Below, in pieces: positions 40,643 through 50,913 of a DNA stretch of 64,000 bases. Both the position numbers and the translations under genes were made by a program. This DNA comes from a virus. The notes beneath the pieces were generated by a model. The model saw nothing but the letters and a program-made list of their open reading frames with translations. It did not search any database and was not told where the DNA came from. Positions within the stretch are counted from its first letter, which is position 1; each line of letters begins with the position of its first letter. Location: positions 1 through 64,000 of the IMG/VR virus record IMGVR_UViG_3300001279_000031; one strand, given 5' to 3'.

Positions 40643-41581
40643 TTATAAGTTAAGTTCTTCTTTTAGGTCATTGTAAGCTAAGTTGTTCTCGAATTGTAAG
40701 ATTGCTGGTTTTCCAGCATCTCTATTTTTAATAATGTGTAAAAACACTTTATTATCTGTTCTCCAATGATTTACTCCATAACTTGAAATGCCTAATATTT
40801 CAGGACGATGAATTACTATTACATAATCACTTGCTTGAAATATAGAATCTGCTGAACTTATATCACTTCGCATTGGGAAGTGCATTGCTGGATTATTAAC
40901 TCTATCTGGTTTTTCTATCTCTCGGTTCATTTGAGCTACTTGTATTATACTTGTTAACGGTAATTTCTTAACGTCAATAAATACTCTTTGCAACGAACTC
41001 ACAGTATCTAATACTGATCCTACTTGATTAGTAAGTAAGACATGGTCAAATATCACTATAAAATACTTTCCAGTATTTTCTACATGATCTCGATAGAAAG
41101 ACATAATTGTTTTTCTAATTTGGTCTGGTGTACCAGATTTATCACAATAATATATTGGATATGATTTAAATTGACTTGCTACTTTAATGACTGCACCGAA
41201 AGAGGCGTCATCAAGGTCCTCGTAGGCACTATACAATTCAGAAGTTGTCTTATGCAGTTTGCTTGTGATCTTTCTTCCAATTTGTCTATAGCTCATCATT
41301 TCCAAATTAAATGATAAAACAATTACTTCTTTATCAGAATTTTGTTCTATTAAATCAGTTTCAATCGTGTTCACAAATGAAGATTTACCACTACCAGATA
41401 TACCAGTTATGGTATATACAGTATTAGGTTCTATTCCACCCATACAATACTTGTTGAATTTATGCCAATGTGTCTTTAAAGACTCAATTGTATGTTCTTT
41501 ACGAGCTTTTACATAATCAATTAATTGTTGTGAAGCTGTAGATATATTATCTATTTTAAGTTCAGATGAGTTCTGTACCAT
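40643..41581 (-). CDS. dnaB: DnaB-like replicative helicase
   Basis: GISGSGKS, FNLEM, IFDHVLL, QMNR, SD..SADSIFQASD, IIKNRD. Confidence 0.88.
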   Translation of the reverse strand: MVQNSSELKIDNISTASQQLIDYVKARKEHTIESLKTHWHKFNKYCMGGIEPNTVYTITGISGSGKSSFVNTIETDLIEQNSDKEVIVLSFNLEMMSYRQIGRKITSKLHKTTSELYSAYEDLDDASFGAVIKVASQFKSYPIYYCDKSGTPDQIRKTIMSFYRDHVENTGKYFIVIFDHVLLTNQVGSVLDTVSSLQRVFIDVKKLPLTSIIQVAQMNREIEKPDRVNNPAMHFPMRSDISSADSIFQASDYVIVIHRPEILGISSYGVNHWRTDNKVFLHIIKNRDAGKPAILQFENNLAYNDLKEELNL

Positions 41582-42128
41582 AATCAGCTTTTTTTATAGG
41601 TTGAATAATATCTTCTTTCATTTGTTGTTCAGAAGTTTCCCATTCGTGGCTTGTTAGCCACTTGTACATAGTTTTCATATATCCTAATTTATTAGTCATC
41701 ATCTTATTATCAATTTCGTGTTGTAAACATTCCATAATATGATTATGCATTGCAACGCTTTTACCGATTGTTTGACGATATAATATACGACACCTATTTA
41801 CATTAGTTCTTAAATAACCACGAGTACCATCGGGTCTTTGAACTATAGCTGGGAATAAGTTGTAAAATTGTTCAAAAGGATCATCTATATTGCCTATCAA
41901 ATCCTTGAACTCTTGAGTTACCTCATATACACTTGTAGTATCATTTTTAGCACATGATACCAACTTTCTGTCTATTAAATCTTGTATTTCTTTATCTGCA
42001 ATAAGGCTAATTACAGACGTGTCTTTTTGATTATTAGTTGATTTATCTACTACAAGATTTAAGAACACTAACTGTTCTAATGTTAATCCTTTTATTTTTT
42101 TTAAATAACTAGTGTCTATATTAATCAT
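41562..42128 (-). CDS. Probable replication initiator / helicase loader
   Basis: wHTH-like N-terminus, FEQFYNLFP..YKWL C-terminal pattern; immediately upstream of the helicase. Confidence 0.5.
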   Translation of the reverse strand: MINIDTSYLKKIKGLTLEQLVFLNLVVDKSTNNQKDTSVISLIADKEIQDLIDRKLVSCAKNDTTSVYEVTQEFKDLIGNIDDPFEQFYNLFPAIVQRPDGTRGYLRTNVNRCRILYRQTIGKSVAMHNHIMECLQHEIDNKMMTNKLGYMKTMYKWLTSHEWETSEQQMKEDIIQPIKKADYGTELI

Positions 42129-42181
42129 ATTCTTACTATTAAATAGCTTGTTTATGTTTGTAGACTTTTGTTATGTTTGTA

Positions 42182-44107
42182 TTACCACAAGCTTAATTGT
42201 CGTGGTTGGATCTTTTCAATTATTTTACGTGCTTCACTTATATAATAAGCAAAGTTTATATTTTTTGGCATTTCTGTCGGTAATTTATTCAGGAGCGTTA
42301 CTCCTGAAGCGCAAACTATAGTTTCATAATTAGTTCTTCTACCATTAACGATTTCACATCTCTTTAAATATGCGCCATCAGTAGATGCATAAAATCTATT
42401 TATACGTTGAACTAATTCGTTATTGTATTCTACTGAAAATTTCTTATTTACTTTTTGGTATGTAAGAAATCTTCTAATATCTTTACAGGATTTTATTGTC
42501 TGCTCTATTGGTGTTCCAAATACCAAATAGTCTATAACAGCATCCTTTATAATAAGATATTCCATTCCCTTACCTAATTTGGTTTTGTTTATGAACATAC
42601 CTTTTAACTTAATTAGTTTCTTGTCACGTGATTCAGTAAAGCCTTCACTAACTGCTATATAATCATTTATAGCAAATTGATACATTGCTTCATACTTATC
42701 TTCTTCTAAATTAAGTTGTGTTAGCTTTTCCCATTCATTACATTTCTGTTTGAATAGTTCATATGTGCTCTTTTTTACAATAACAAACAAACCATCAGTA
42801 TTTGCTTGAACAATCTTTATACCAACGTTTACTAATTTTTCAACTAGCATCAATAGTAGTAATTGACCATTTATCCTAATCTTCATAACAGTTTCTGGGG
42901 AATATACCCAACTGTTCTCATTTTGAAGATTGCCAGACAGTCCATTTAAACAATATTTAAACGTTATATTCTTTAATTTTTCTCCATTATGCTTTGCTTC
43001 AATTCTTTCTTTTTTAATATTAGAATAAATCTTTACAAACACATTATTTAAATGTGGTGGACAAAAATTATAAGATATTAATAACGATGGATATAGTGAT
43101 TCTACATCAACATCTATTAAATATTCATCTACTTTGGGTTTAATAGTCTCAGGATTGTTCTGAGTATGAATACCACCAACCCCAACTGAATACTTACAAT
43201 GATCATAAATAAATTTATTATTGTAAGCCCTTCTTCCGGCTGATACAGTTTGTTCTTTCATTTCTTCAAGAACTTTTTTCAAAATTGGAGTATCAAATTT
43301 TATAAATGGCAAAATAATATCATTTAATTTTATAGTAGCTTTTGGACTACGTAAATCTTTTATATCTTCCCATTTTAAATGAGTACTCTGTAGGTACTTT
43401 TGTTTAAGAATTTCCATACCAATATTAACATCATCTCTAGATAAACAAGATATGTTATATGTATCTTCAATCCATATTCTTAAATCTAATTGTTCTTTAC
43501 AACGATTTAATAGTTCTATAGTAGCATTAACATCATTTAGATTATAAGCTATCATTTCATCTATTTTATTAATAGGTAAAAAATCATTGAAATCGCCATT
43601 AAATTCTTGTACATTATTAAAGTTCATAGTTACTTCCATTTCCTTTAATCCTGTTCTTAATTTAGATGAAAACAGCATTGTTAATAAATCAATACTTTCA
43701 AAGTATTGCATATATTTCCAATGCTTCCACATGTCTTGATTTTTCTCATTTATAATTATATCTGATAAGTTTTTAATACTATTACATATTCGTGTATATG
43801 GCGAATTTATAAGTATTGTACCATATTCAATTATATAATTAATAATAGGATTATCATAATGATGATTGTTATATCCTACAAAATAAGTATCTGTATGAAA
43901 TTTCTTGTGTAATTTATAATCATTCTCCCAACCACGTTGCTGGGGAATCCTTTTAAAGAATTTTATTATATCTATAATATCATTTTTTCGTTCTGATATT
44001 TCAAACATAACAATTTTCTCAGTTTCAGTATTCTTAATAGTAAGATGAAAAACATTTACAAACACTTCAATATCAAATACCCATAATGTTTTATCTCTTA
44101 TTATCAT
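42182..44107 (-). CDS. Family B DNA polymerase
   Basis: Exonuclease FDIE and GYNNHHYD, YNLNDV; polymerase DVESLYPS, KYCLNGLSG, ANTDG, KGMF. Confidence 0.9.
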   Translation of the reverse strand: MIIRDKTLWVFDIEVFVNVFHLTIKNTETEKIVMFEISERKNDIIDIIKFFKRIPQQRGWENDYKLHKKFHTDTYFVGYNNHHYDNPIINYIIEYGTILINSPYTRICNSIKNLSDIIINEKNQDMWKHWKYMQYFESIDLLTMLFSSKLRTGLKEMEVTMNFNNVQEFNGDFNDFLPINKIDEMIAYNLNDVNATIELLNRCKEQLDLRIWIEDTYNISCLSRDDVNIGMEILKQKYLQSTHLKWEDIKDLRSPKATIKLNDIILPFIKFDTPILKKVLEEMKEQTVSAGRRAYNNKFIYDHCKYSVGVGGIHTQNNPETIKPKVDEYLIDVDVESLYPSLLISYNFCPPHLNNVFVKIYSNIKKERIEAKHNGEKLKNITFKYCLNGLSGNLQNENSWVYSPETVMKIRINGQLLLLMLVEKLVNVGIKIVQANTDGLFVIVKKSTYELFKQKCNEWEKLTQLNLEEDKYEAMYQFAINDYIAVSEGFTESRDKKLIKLKGMFINKTKLGKGMEYLIIKDAVIDYLVFGTPIEQTIKSCKDIRRFLTYQKVNKKFSVEYNNELVQRINRFYASTDGAYLKRCEIVNGRRTNYETIVCASGVTLLNKLPTEMPKNINFAYYISEARKIIEKIQPRQLSLW

Positions 44108-44109
44108 TT

Positions 44110-44751
44110 CTATGCTGTTAAACTATAATGTAAATTTTCTTTATTTAGAATACATTTTTCTTTATAACTTTTATTTCCCATACTAATATAAAAACTTTCA
44201 TTATTTATATTATTATATAAAGTTATAAACTTATCATCTTTAATTTTTTTGGAAAATAGTAATGTTAATTTTTGTAAATCAGCTACATTTTTTGTAGAAT
44301 TGAAATATATTTTTCTTTGTAAATGTAACATTCCAGGATGATATTCTTTGATATCTACTCTATATTTATACTTATTATTTATTACTTTTTTTCCAAAATG
44401 TCTATGACTAGAACGAGGATCAGCCAATGTTTGTGCTAATCTAAGTTCTTGAATAGCTAAAGTTGCATCTTTTTTGTTTTCAGCTAAAAATTTTAACTTT
44501 TTTATACAACTATAACATATTCTATCACGATAATATTCAATTAATTTTTTATGATCAATCGATTTATTAATAGATTTTGGTTGTACTCTACGAAAAATAT
44601 TAAAATTGTGTTTACCACTTATGATTTCATACGCTATACCATTTTTAAAAACAATTTGTTTTTTAGGCTTATCGATATAAGCCTTTCCTTTAAAATCACG
44701 CCAATTATTTAATTGATGTGAATATTTCTTTAATACTTCTTTGTCTATCAT
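44110..44751 (-). CDS. Hypothetical basic protein; ends TAG, or TGA 44104 if read through
   Basis: 213-aa ORF in operon. Confidence 0.6.
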   Translation of the reverse strand: MIDKEVLKKYSHQLNNWRDFKGKAYIDKPKKQIVFKNGIAYEIISGKHNFNIFRRVQPKSINKSIDHKKLIEYYRDRICYSCIKKLKFLAENKKDATLAIQELRLAQTLADPRSSHRHFGKKVINNKYKYRVDIKEYHPGMLHLQRKIYFNSTKNVADLQKLTLLFSKKIKDDKFITLYNNINNESFYISMGNKSYKEKCILNKENLHYSLTA

Positions 44752-45314
44752 GCTGCTATATACAAATTTAGTTCTTCTTTCTTTACATCTAAATCAATAA
44801 AAGTACTATTATTATAATCTTCCATTTGCTTATTTACTTTATTTATTTTAAGTAATAAAGCATGTTTCATACGTCCAATAGCTTTACCATCAAATGTTTC
44901 TATTAATTTATGTTTTACTACAGTACCTTCAGTTAATGGTTTTAATGTATGAATTGTTTCTAAATGAGAAAGTTCTTCTTTCAATTCGCAAGCTTGAAAT
45001 ATTGTTTCAAAGTTTGTGTGTTTACTTATTAATGATAAGTCAATATGTTTGTTTTTATCAAACATACCAAGATTTATTGCTTGTAACATCATTTTTAATC
45101 TAACTCTTTTATTTGAAAGTTGATGTATAGTATTTAAAAGAGCTTTTAGATCATATCCTGATCCAACATTTGCTTTACTTTTATCATCACTCATAATATT
45201 TTCTGAGCGTATTACGCGCCAATATTTATTTATATCCGAATCTATGCGCTTACGGATTGATATAATGTCATTTGAATTTACTAACATATTTATTTTGATT
45301 TTAACATTAAACAT
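44748..45314 (-). CDS. Hypothetical coiled-coil protein
   Basis: 188-aa ORF; true start may be the second Met. Confidence 0.62.
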   Translation of the reverse strand: MFNVKIKINMLVNSNDIISIRKRIDSDINKYWRVIRSENIMSDDKSKANVGSGYDLKALLNTIHQLSNKRVRLKMMLQAINLGMFDKNKHIDLSLISKHTNFETIFQACELKEELSHLETIHTLKPLTEGTVVKHKLIETFDGKAIGRMKHALLLKINKVNKQMEDYNNSTFIDLDVKKEELNLYIAA

Positions 45315-45399
45315 ATATTAATCAAATTCGAGACATTAGAAAACAGTGTGAGTAGTATAGAAACCAATCTATAGCGATAAAAACGACTACTACCCTAAG

Positions 45400-45466
45400 T
45401 GGTAAGATAAGGAGTCAAACCTCATTCCACATTTCTGTGTGCATTATCATCAATGTTAATCTTACC
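45400..45466 (-). ncRNA. tRNA-like element lacking a canonical anticodon loop
   Basis: Acceptor GGTAAGA/TCTTACC+A, D-arm CATT/AATG, CACA-GAAA-TGTG arm, T-arm TGAGG-TTTGACT-CCTTA. Confidence 0.55.
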
Positions 45467-45538
45467 AAAAATATCGAGCTCCAACCATAGCTCTATATAT
45501 TATTATATTATATTCCAACCAAATAATAATCAAGAATT

Positions 45539-46042
45539 TTATTCAGGGATAATTTTTAACCTTATAACAGGTCCATAATTCTCCCCACTATTTAATCTGC
45601 ATACACCTTCAACAGTTTTACACTGTTTATTATTAATGTTAACAAATTTAGAACCAACAATATTACTTCCTCCACCAAAACGAGCATTATCAAATAATGC
45701 ATCAACTACAGTTATATAGTCATCATTTTCAATTGCTTTTTCTACAATAGTATTCACCAATCCATTAAATACTATTTTATTTTTATCTTTACCTACTCCA
45801 CTCAACACACGTGCAGCCTTAAATGCAAAATCAGAAAAAGTAAATTCTTTATAATCGCCAAGTAGATTTCCCCACCATTTTCCACCTGAGTTATTATAAT
45901 ATGCTACTATATTACCATTGTTTTGTATTACTATATTTCTTGGTAATTGATTGTTTTTATTTAATATACTAAGAATTGATGGATCGTCTAATAAATCTTG
46001 AATATGTCTTTTGTCACATTCTCTTAATTTACATTTGTCCAT
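45539..46042 (-). CDS. Hypothetical protein
   Basis: 167-aa ORF. Confidence 0.65.
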   Translation of the reverse strand: MDKCKLRECDKRHIQDLLDDPSILSILNKNNQLPRNIVIQNNGNIVAYYNNSGGKWWGNLLGDYKEFTFSDFAFKAARVLSGVGKDKNKIVFNGLVNTIVEKAIENDDYITVVDALFDNARFGGGSNIVGSKFVNINNKQCKTVEGVCRLNSGENYGPVIRLKIIPE

Positions 46043-46046
46043 ACCA

Positions 46047-46670
46047 TTATTCTACTGTTGTTTCTGAATGTATTCCTACATTTATTTCTAGTTCACTATC
46101 ATTACTATAATTATTGTATTTACGATAATCTTGTAATAGTAGTGAATTTTGTTCTGCTAATTGAGAATACATAGCTGCCATTCTAGTATATTCTTCAGCT
46201 ACTTTCTTTGCATCTTCAGCACTTGTTCGATTAAGAGCACTTACTTCGATTATTAATTTCTCCAAGTCAGAAAAATAAGTAGTTTTCTCACCTTTCGACC
46301 TATCAAATTCATCACATGCTTGTGCTACAGAGGCTGTATTTGGCATAATTATGTTTTCTGAAGGATCAGTAAGAGGAAATCGCAGTGCTTTTCCTTCTTT
46401 ACTATCAAAAATTATTACACCATGCTCATTAGCATCAATTTCTATGTGAGCTCCTAAAATAGGAATTCTACTAATAACTATTTGTTTAAACGGTCTTAGC
46501 ATTACATTCTCACCAGCTGCTCTACGTTTATTATAAGTAAGATCAGCATTTGTTCTGTTTACTGTATATAAATCACGAAAACAGAATTGTCCGTATTTAC
46601 GGAGAATTTCATTATTTTGATCATGTATTGCGGTAATACGCATTACATGTTCCGTTGATTGATTTTCCAT
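46047..46670 (-). CDS. Hypothetical protein
   Basis: 207-aa ORF with crAss-type AATTTATCAAGAATG start context. Confidence 0.7.
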   Translation of the reverse strand: MENQSTEHVMRITAIHDQNNEILRKYGQFCFRDLYTVNRTNADLTYNKRRAAGENVMLRPFKQIVISRIPILGAHIEIDANEHGVIIFDSKEGKALRFPLTDPSENIIMPNTASVAQACDEFDRSKGEKTTYFSDLEKLIIEVSALNRTSAEDAKKVAEEYTRMAAMYSQLAEQNSLLLQDYRKYNNYSNDSELEINVGIHSETTVE

Positions 46671-48507
46671 TCTTGATAAATTTATTTATTAATAATAATA
46701 GTTGTTATAGGTTTTCAATACTATTGGTAGTCATTAACTACGAATAGTCTCAAATCAATGAGTTACCCTAAACATTTACTACTTCAATGATTCTTTCAAA
46801 TCATTAATAGCTAGTAAGCTATTAAATGACTATTAATTATGATTTTTTGTAATTTTTTATGACTTTTGTAATTTTTGTATAAAAAGAATTTATAAAGTGT
46901 GATATACGATTAATTTTTAAACTAGTTATCGTGGTTGTTACCTTAATAACGGGATTCATTCCGAAGAATTGAATAGCTACGCCCATCTTTTAAAAACAAT
47001 GTACCTTGTTGTCATGAATTTCGGGTACATGACTACCAGTATAGCTGCCGGAATTACCCTCACCCACTATATGAAATTGTTTATACTGCATGAATATATT
47101 TCTATATTCTACGAATATCTAGGATTTCAACCTATTGCCAGAGTCTACAGGCTTGCTTCTGCTACCTTAACACATGTTAGTACGACGTACTTTGTGGATA
47201 TACTTATGACGGTTCAGCGCACATATTTTACCTTACATTTGTGCCCTACTAATAAGTTTAGATATATTTTTAGCGATACCGGTCGGCAGTTAAGTTAGTC
47301 TGACTTGTTAATTAAAACTATCAGGGGACTTCTAACTAAGACGAACTTTTGGTTATATTACTTTAGCTTCTTTAGCTATTTCATAATGAGTTTTCCTTCT
47401 CATGACACATACTAATATATTTATGTAAACTCTTCTTTCATTGTTTACCGTATTTAGTACTCTAGTCATATTTATACTTTCTCTTCTTATTGGATATAAG
47501 CGATGCTCACTATAAATACTTACATGTATTTTAATTGCTTGTAATTACAATAATTATTTAAAGACAGATAATTACTGCCAATGTATTTTATAAATATTAA
47601 TAAAACTTATCTTATCTTAAGAAATATATCGAATTAGTGATATAGCCCACTTGTTCGGCTTTTGTTTGTCATTTATTTTTGACTATAAACTTATTTTATA
47701 TTCCGCTTCGTTTACTATGCGGTAGTTCCGTAACATAATAGTAATTTTCTCAGCCAATGTTTATTATATTCTGCTCATTATTTATAAGTATAAGATAGGT
47801 TAGGCACAAAGTGATTAGCTATCTGTTCTTCCTACTTATAAGACATTGCTACCATCCCCTTAAACGGAGAAGTATGGGATTAAACCATTAATTTTTATAT
47901 AGACCCTGTATTTACCATACAGCTATAGTTCACAACTATAGTCCTTGTTTACTTTATTAAATGTTACTTCACATCCAAGCTTCATAAGTACAAGTTCTTT
48001 TATAATATAGTTTATTATAAACATGGACAATTTTACACTTATTTACAATATAAGTCATTAACCAATGCACTGAACACTCTTGTGATAATAATTTTTATAG
48101 TTACTTATGGACAGCAACTTTTCTACGTTATCTGTATTACAATGATAATATAAGTGTTGTTGGACTTTTTCACTTATTGCTACTCGTGTTTAGACTATAA
48201 ACCCTTTTTGATATTGTAATTGAAATTACTAACGGTTTATATTTATTGTCAAGGTTTCTTTCCATCTATTATCATTAATGGCGCTACATAGCGATGCCTT
48301 ACTATCATATCAGGATAGGTTTGCATAAACTGTTTATCCGATACCTTTGTAACATTAGGATTATTCTGTATATATCACCAATCGGTTCTCATATATACTT
48401 GCGTGCGTTACGTCCATTCACGCCTTATACATAGTTTTTCATACTATATATATTTCGTAGCTACTTTTGTGCTGTACACATATCTTACTACCCAGTTTGT
48501 TTAATTG
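46671..48507 (-). ncRNA. ~1.8 kb non-coding, hairpin-rich region; candidate large structured RNA
   Basis: No credible ORF in an otherwise gene-dense strand; several hairpins including a minus-strand cUUCGg (46954-46974). Confidence 0.4.
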
Positions 48508-48912
48508 TTAAATAGGCTCTTTAATGATACAAGCCCGTATTAATGAATCTAATCCAAGAGTATCCAAATTCTTGTTTATATCTATACTATCGTGTCGGTG
48601 TATAGAACGACTTACCGTTTTCCATTTTGTTATATAGATTGGAAAATATCTATATTTTGTTCTCCATCTAATTACCACTTTAGATAAAGAGTTATTATTC
48701 ACACTTACAGTGCGATTTAATGCATTCTGTACATTTACTTTACCTGTTCTCGATATATCTATATTGAGAGGTAATTCCAATTGATTCGGTGTAAATGAAG
48801 CTGTTTTTATTTCTACTGCATTTGCCGTAGAAGGTTTTGTTATTATATTACCAATAAAACTACCGGCTATTATAAAAACAATACATATTAGATAGGACTC
48901 AAACTTCCGCAT
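48508..48912 (-). CDS. Membrane-anchored/secreted hypothetical protein
   Basis: N-terminal hydrophobic segment YLICIVFIIAGSFIGNII. Confidence 0.65.
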   Translation of the reverse strand: MRKFESYLICIVFIIAGSFIGNIITKPSTANAVEIKTASFTPNQLELPLNIDISRTGKVNVQNALNRTVSVNNNSLSKVVIRWRTKYRYFPIYITKWKTVSRSIHRHDSIDINKNLDTLGLDSLIRACIIKEPI

Positions 48913-50450
48913 ACATCTTTAATTTTATTACGAAGTTTATCTATAAATGAAAAATCCTTATCAATTGTAGTTCGAGCATCTAATGGCTTAAAATAATTAG
49001 CAATTTCATTAAGTTTTTCACTTATTGATTTTTTATCATCTTCTGTTAAAGTGTTATTATCTAATCTATTTTTAACATCTTTAGGAAAATAAGTAGTCGT
49101 TAAAAGTCCTAATGTCATTTTGTCAGCTGCGACACTTGGATCTACAACACGATTTTTATCTTTATCATGCGTTGTAGCTTTTACATAATTTTTTAGCATC
49201 GTATCAACATCAAACAATGGATTTAATAAAAAATTCAATTCAGGCATTGCACTCATTTCATGCGATATCTCCTGTATGCTAGGTGTTGTTTTTATTTTTT
49301 CACCACCTGTTTGTGTATAAACAGGATCACCTGCTTTATCTTTTATTGCATTGCCATCTTTATCTTTTACTTCAGTTTTAACGATTGGAGTATATGATAA
49401 TTTTTCTATTGCTTTTTCTTTAGAACTAACTTCAACCAATGATGCTACTAAATCGGCTATCGTTTCATCTGAGGTACTTTTAGTTTGGAAGGCCTTTTTA
49501 ACAAGTAAAAATGAGCTGATTGGATTTTTCGCATTCTTAATATTTGTCCGAACAAGGCTGGACATACCGTTGATAAGAAAGGAAGTTCCAACAATTTTAC
49601 ATAATTCTTGTATCAAATCACCTATTGTAGCTTTTTTTGCTTCATCTTTTGCGTTTTCATCTTTTGCGTTTTGTACATCAAATGCTCTTAAAAAGGTTAT
49701 AGCGTCAAACAAAGTAGCACCATTCATATATTTACTACCATGTAATATTGCATTTAAACTATCAGGCAATTGCTCTTTAGTTATTTTCGTAGCATCTTTT
49801 GTTTCAATGCCATTAGCAATATCTGTTTTAGCTTTTTCATCTTTCTTTTCATCGGCCTTTGCTTCTTTTGCTAATTCTTTAGGAACTTTAACATCAGTAA
49901 ATTTTAGTTCTAACTGATCATCATTCTTATTTTCAAGTTGCTTCGGTGTCATATCTGGCAGTGTTACGCCAAATAAAGCACACGCATCCTTAAGAGCATT
50001 TGTAGTATGCTTATTTAATAATAATTTTGCTTCATAATCATTATTAACAGCGCCTCTTAATTTAATAAATGATAAAACCATAATCGGATCCATCATCGAA
50101 TCAGCCATTTCTACCAATTTAGCATCTGGCTTTTTACCACCTTTATCATTGTCCATATAACGACGTTGACTAACGTATGCTAGTCTTGATAAAGTATCTA
50201 AAGATATTTTACTATCTTCAATGCTTTTTTGTAGATCTGTCGTAACATTAGTACCAATACTGATTGGTGCTGGCAATGGTTTTTTTACTTCTTCTGCTTT
50301 AACAGTTTCAACTTTAACTGTACTAGTTTTAGGAGTACTTTCCTTTTTATCTACTTTCTCTACAATTACAGGTTCTTTTTCTGTATTATTTGCAGGAATT
50401 ATTTTAGGTGCATTGTTTTTATTAACGCCCTTGTTATGTTTCTTACTCAT
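48888..50450 (-). CDS. Hypothetical 520-aa Lys-rich protein
   Basis: Long ORF with phage-like codon usage. Confidence 0.8.
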   Translation of the reverse strand: MSKKHNKGVNKNNAPKIIPANNTEKEPVIVEKVDKKESTPKTSTVKVETVKAEEVKKPLPAPISIGTNVTTDLQKSIEDSKISLDTLSRLAYVSQRRYMDNDKGGKKPDAKLVEMADSMMDPIMVLSFIKLRGAVNNDYEAKLLLNKHTTNALKDACALFGVTLPDMTPKQLENKNDDQLELKFTDVKVPKELAKEAKADEKKDEKAKTDIANGIETKDATKITKEQLPDSLNAILHGSKYMNGATLFDAITFLRAFDVQNAKDENAKDEAKKATIGDLIQELCKIVGTSFLINGMSSLVRTNIKNAKNPISSFLLVKKAFQTKSTSDETIADLVASLVEVSSKEKAIEKLSYTPIVKTEVKDKDGNAIKDKAGDPVYTQTGGEKIKTTPSIQEISHEMSAMPELNFLLNPLFDVDTMLKNYVKATTHDKDKNRVVDPSVAADKMTLGLLTTTYFPKDVKNRLDNNTLTEDDKKSISEKLNEIANYFKPLDARTTIDKDFSFIDKLRNKIKDVCGSLSPI

Positions 50451-50522
50451 TATTTACGATTTTTTTTAAATTGATTTTAAAATGTTTATTAAAAAATGGA
50501 TACTCTTTTACTAACTAAGAAT

Positions 50523-50906
50523 TCATGATGTGTTAATGAACTTAGTTGGTTGATTACGCGCCATAGTTGACGTAGGAACTATTAATGTATTAAAAGCAAT
50601 CGTGTTTACTTTCACATTAAATGAATTAATCGCTGAATACAAAGATACAATTGTCTTATTATCTAATTTCTTATCAAATAAATCATATGTATCTACTACT
50701 AGTGCATTAAATGCATTACTAATAGGTATTTGTTGACTAGTAAGTTCTTCTTGCTTTTTTGAATTCCTACCTATGACAGTTCCAATAACTATACCAACAA
50801 CTAAGCAAAATAATAATTTCCAAAATATTTCATTGCTTCTGTTGATTCTAGCTATTACAAAACAGGCGACTAAACCTATTAAGACTAAAACCGTTTGTAG
50901 TAACAT
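50523..50906 (-). CDS. Membrane protein, two TM helices
   Basis: VLVLIGLVACFVIA and LLFCLVVGIVIGTVIG. Confidence 0.68.
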   Translation of the reverse strand: MLLQTVLVLIGLVACFVIARINRSNEIFWKLLFCLVVGIVIGTVIGRNSKKQEELTSQQIPISNAFNALVVDTYDLFDKKLDNKTIVSLYSAINSFNVKVNTIAFNTLIVPTSTMARNQPTKFINTS

Positions 50907-50913
50907 AATGTTA

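Noticed and set aside
15384-44107. Introns or inteins in the RNAP, helicase or polymerase, which are common in some crAss groups
   Set aside because: Frames are continuous, helicase and polymerase sizes are ordinary, and no LAGLIDADG/HNH or intein terminal motifs were noticed; not exhaustively excluded for the 4465-aa ORF
45400-45466. Functional tRNA-Phe(GAA) or amber suppressor tRNA
   Set aside because: No 5-bp/7-nt anticodon arm, no CTA anticodon, and no conserved D-loop GG
46841-46880. Short tandem repeat TTTTGTAATTTTT
   Set aside because: Two low-complexity copies in AT-rich DNA; not informative by itself
46969-47298. 109-aa + strand ORF in the non-coding region
   Set aside because: TTG start, opposite to the local gene direction, atypical composition, no recognisable motif
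49351-50469. + strand ORFs of 188 and 82 aa
   Set aside because: Antisense shadows of the 520-aa gene
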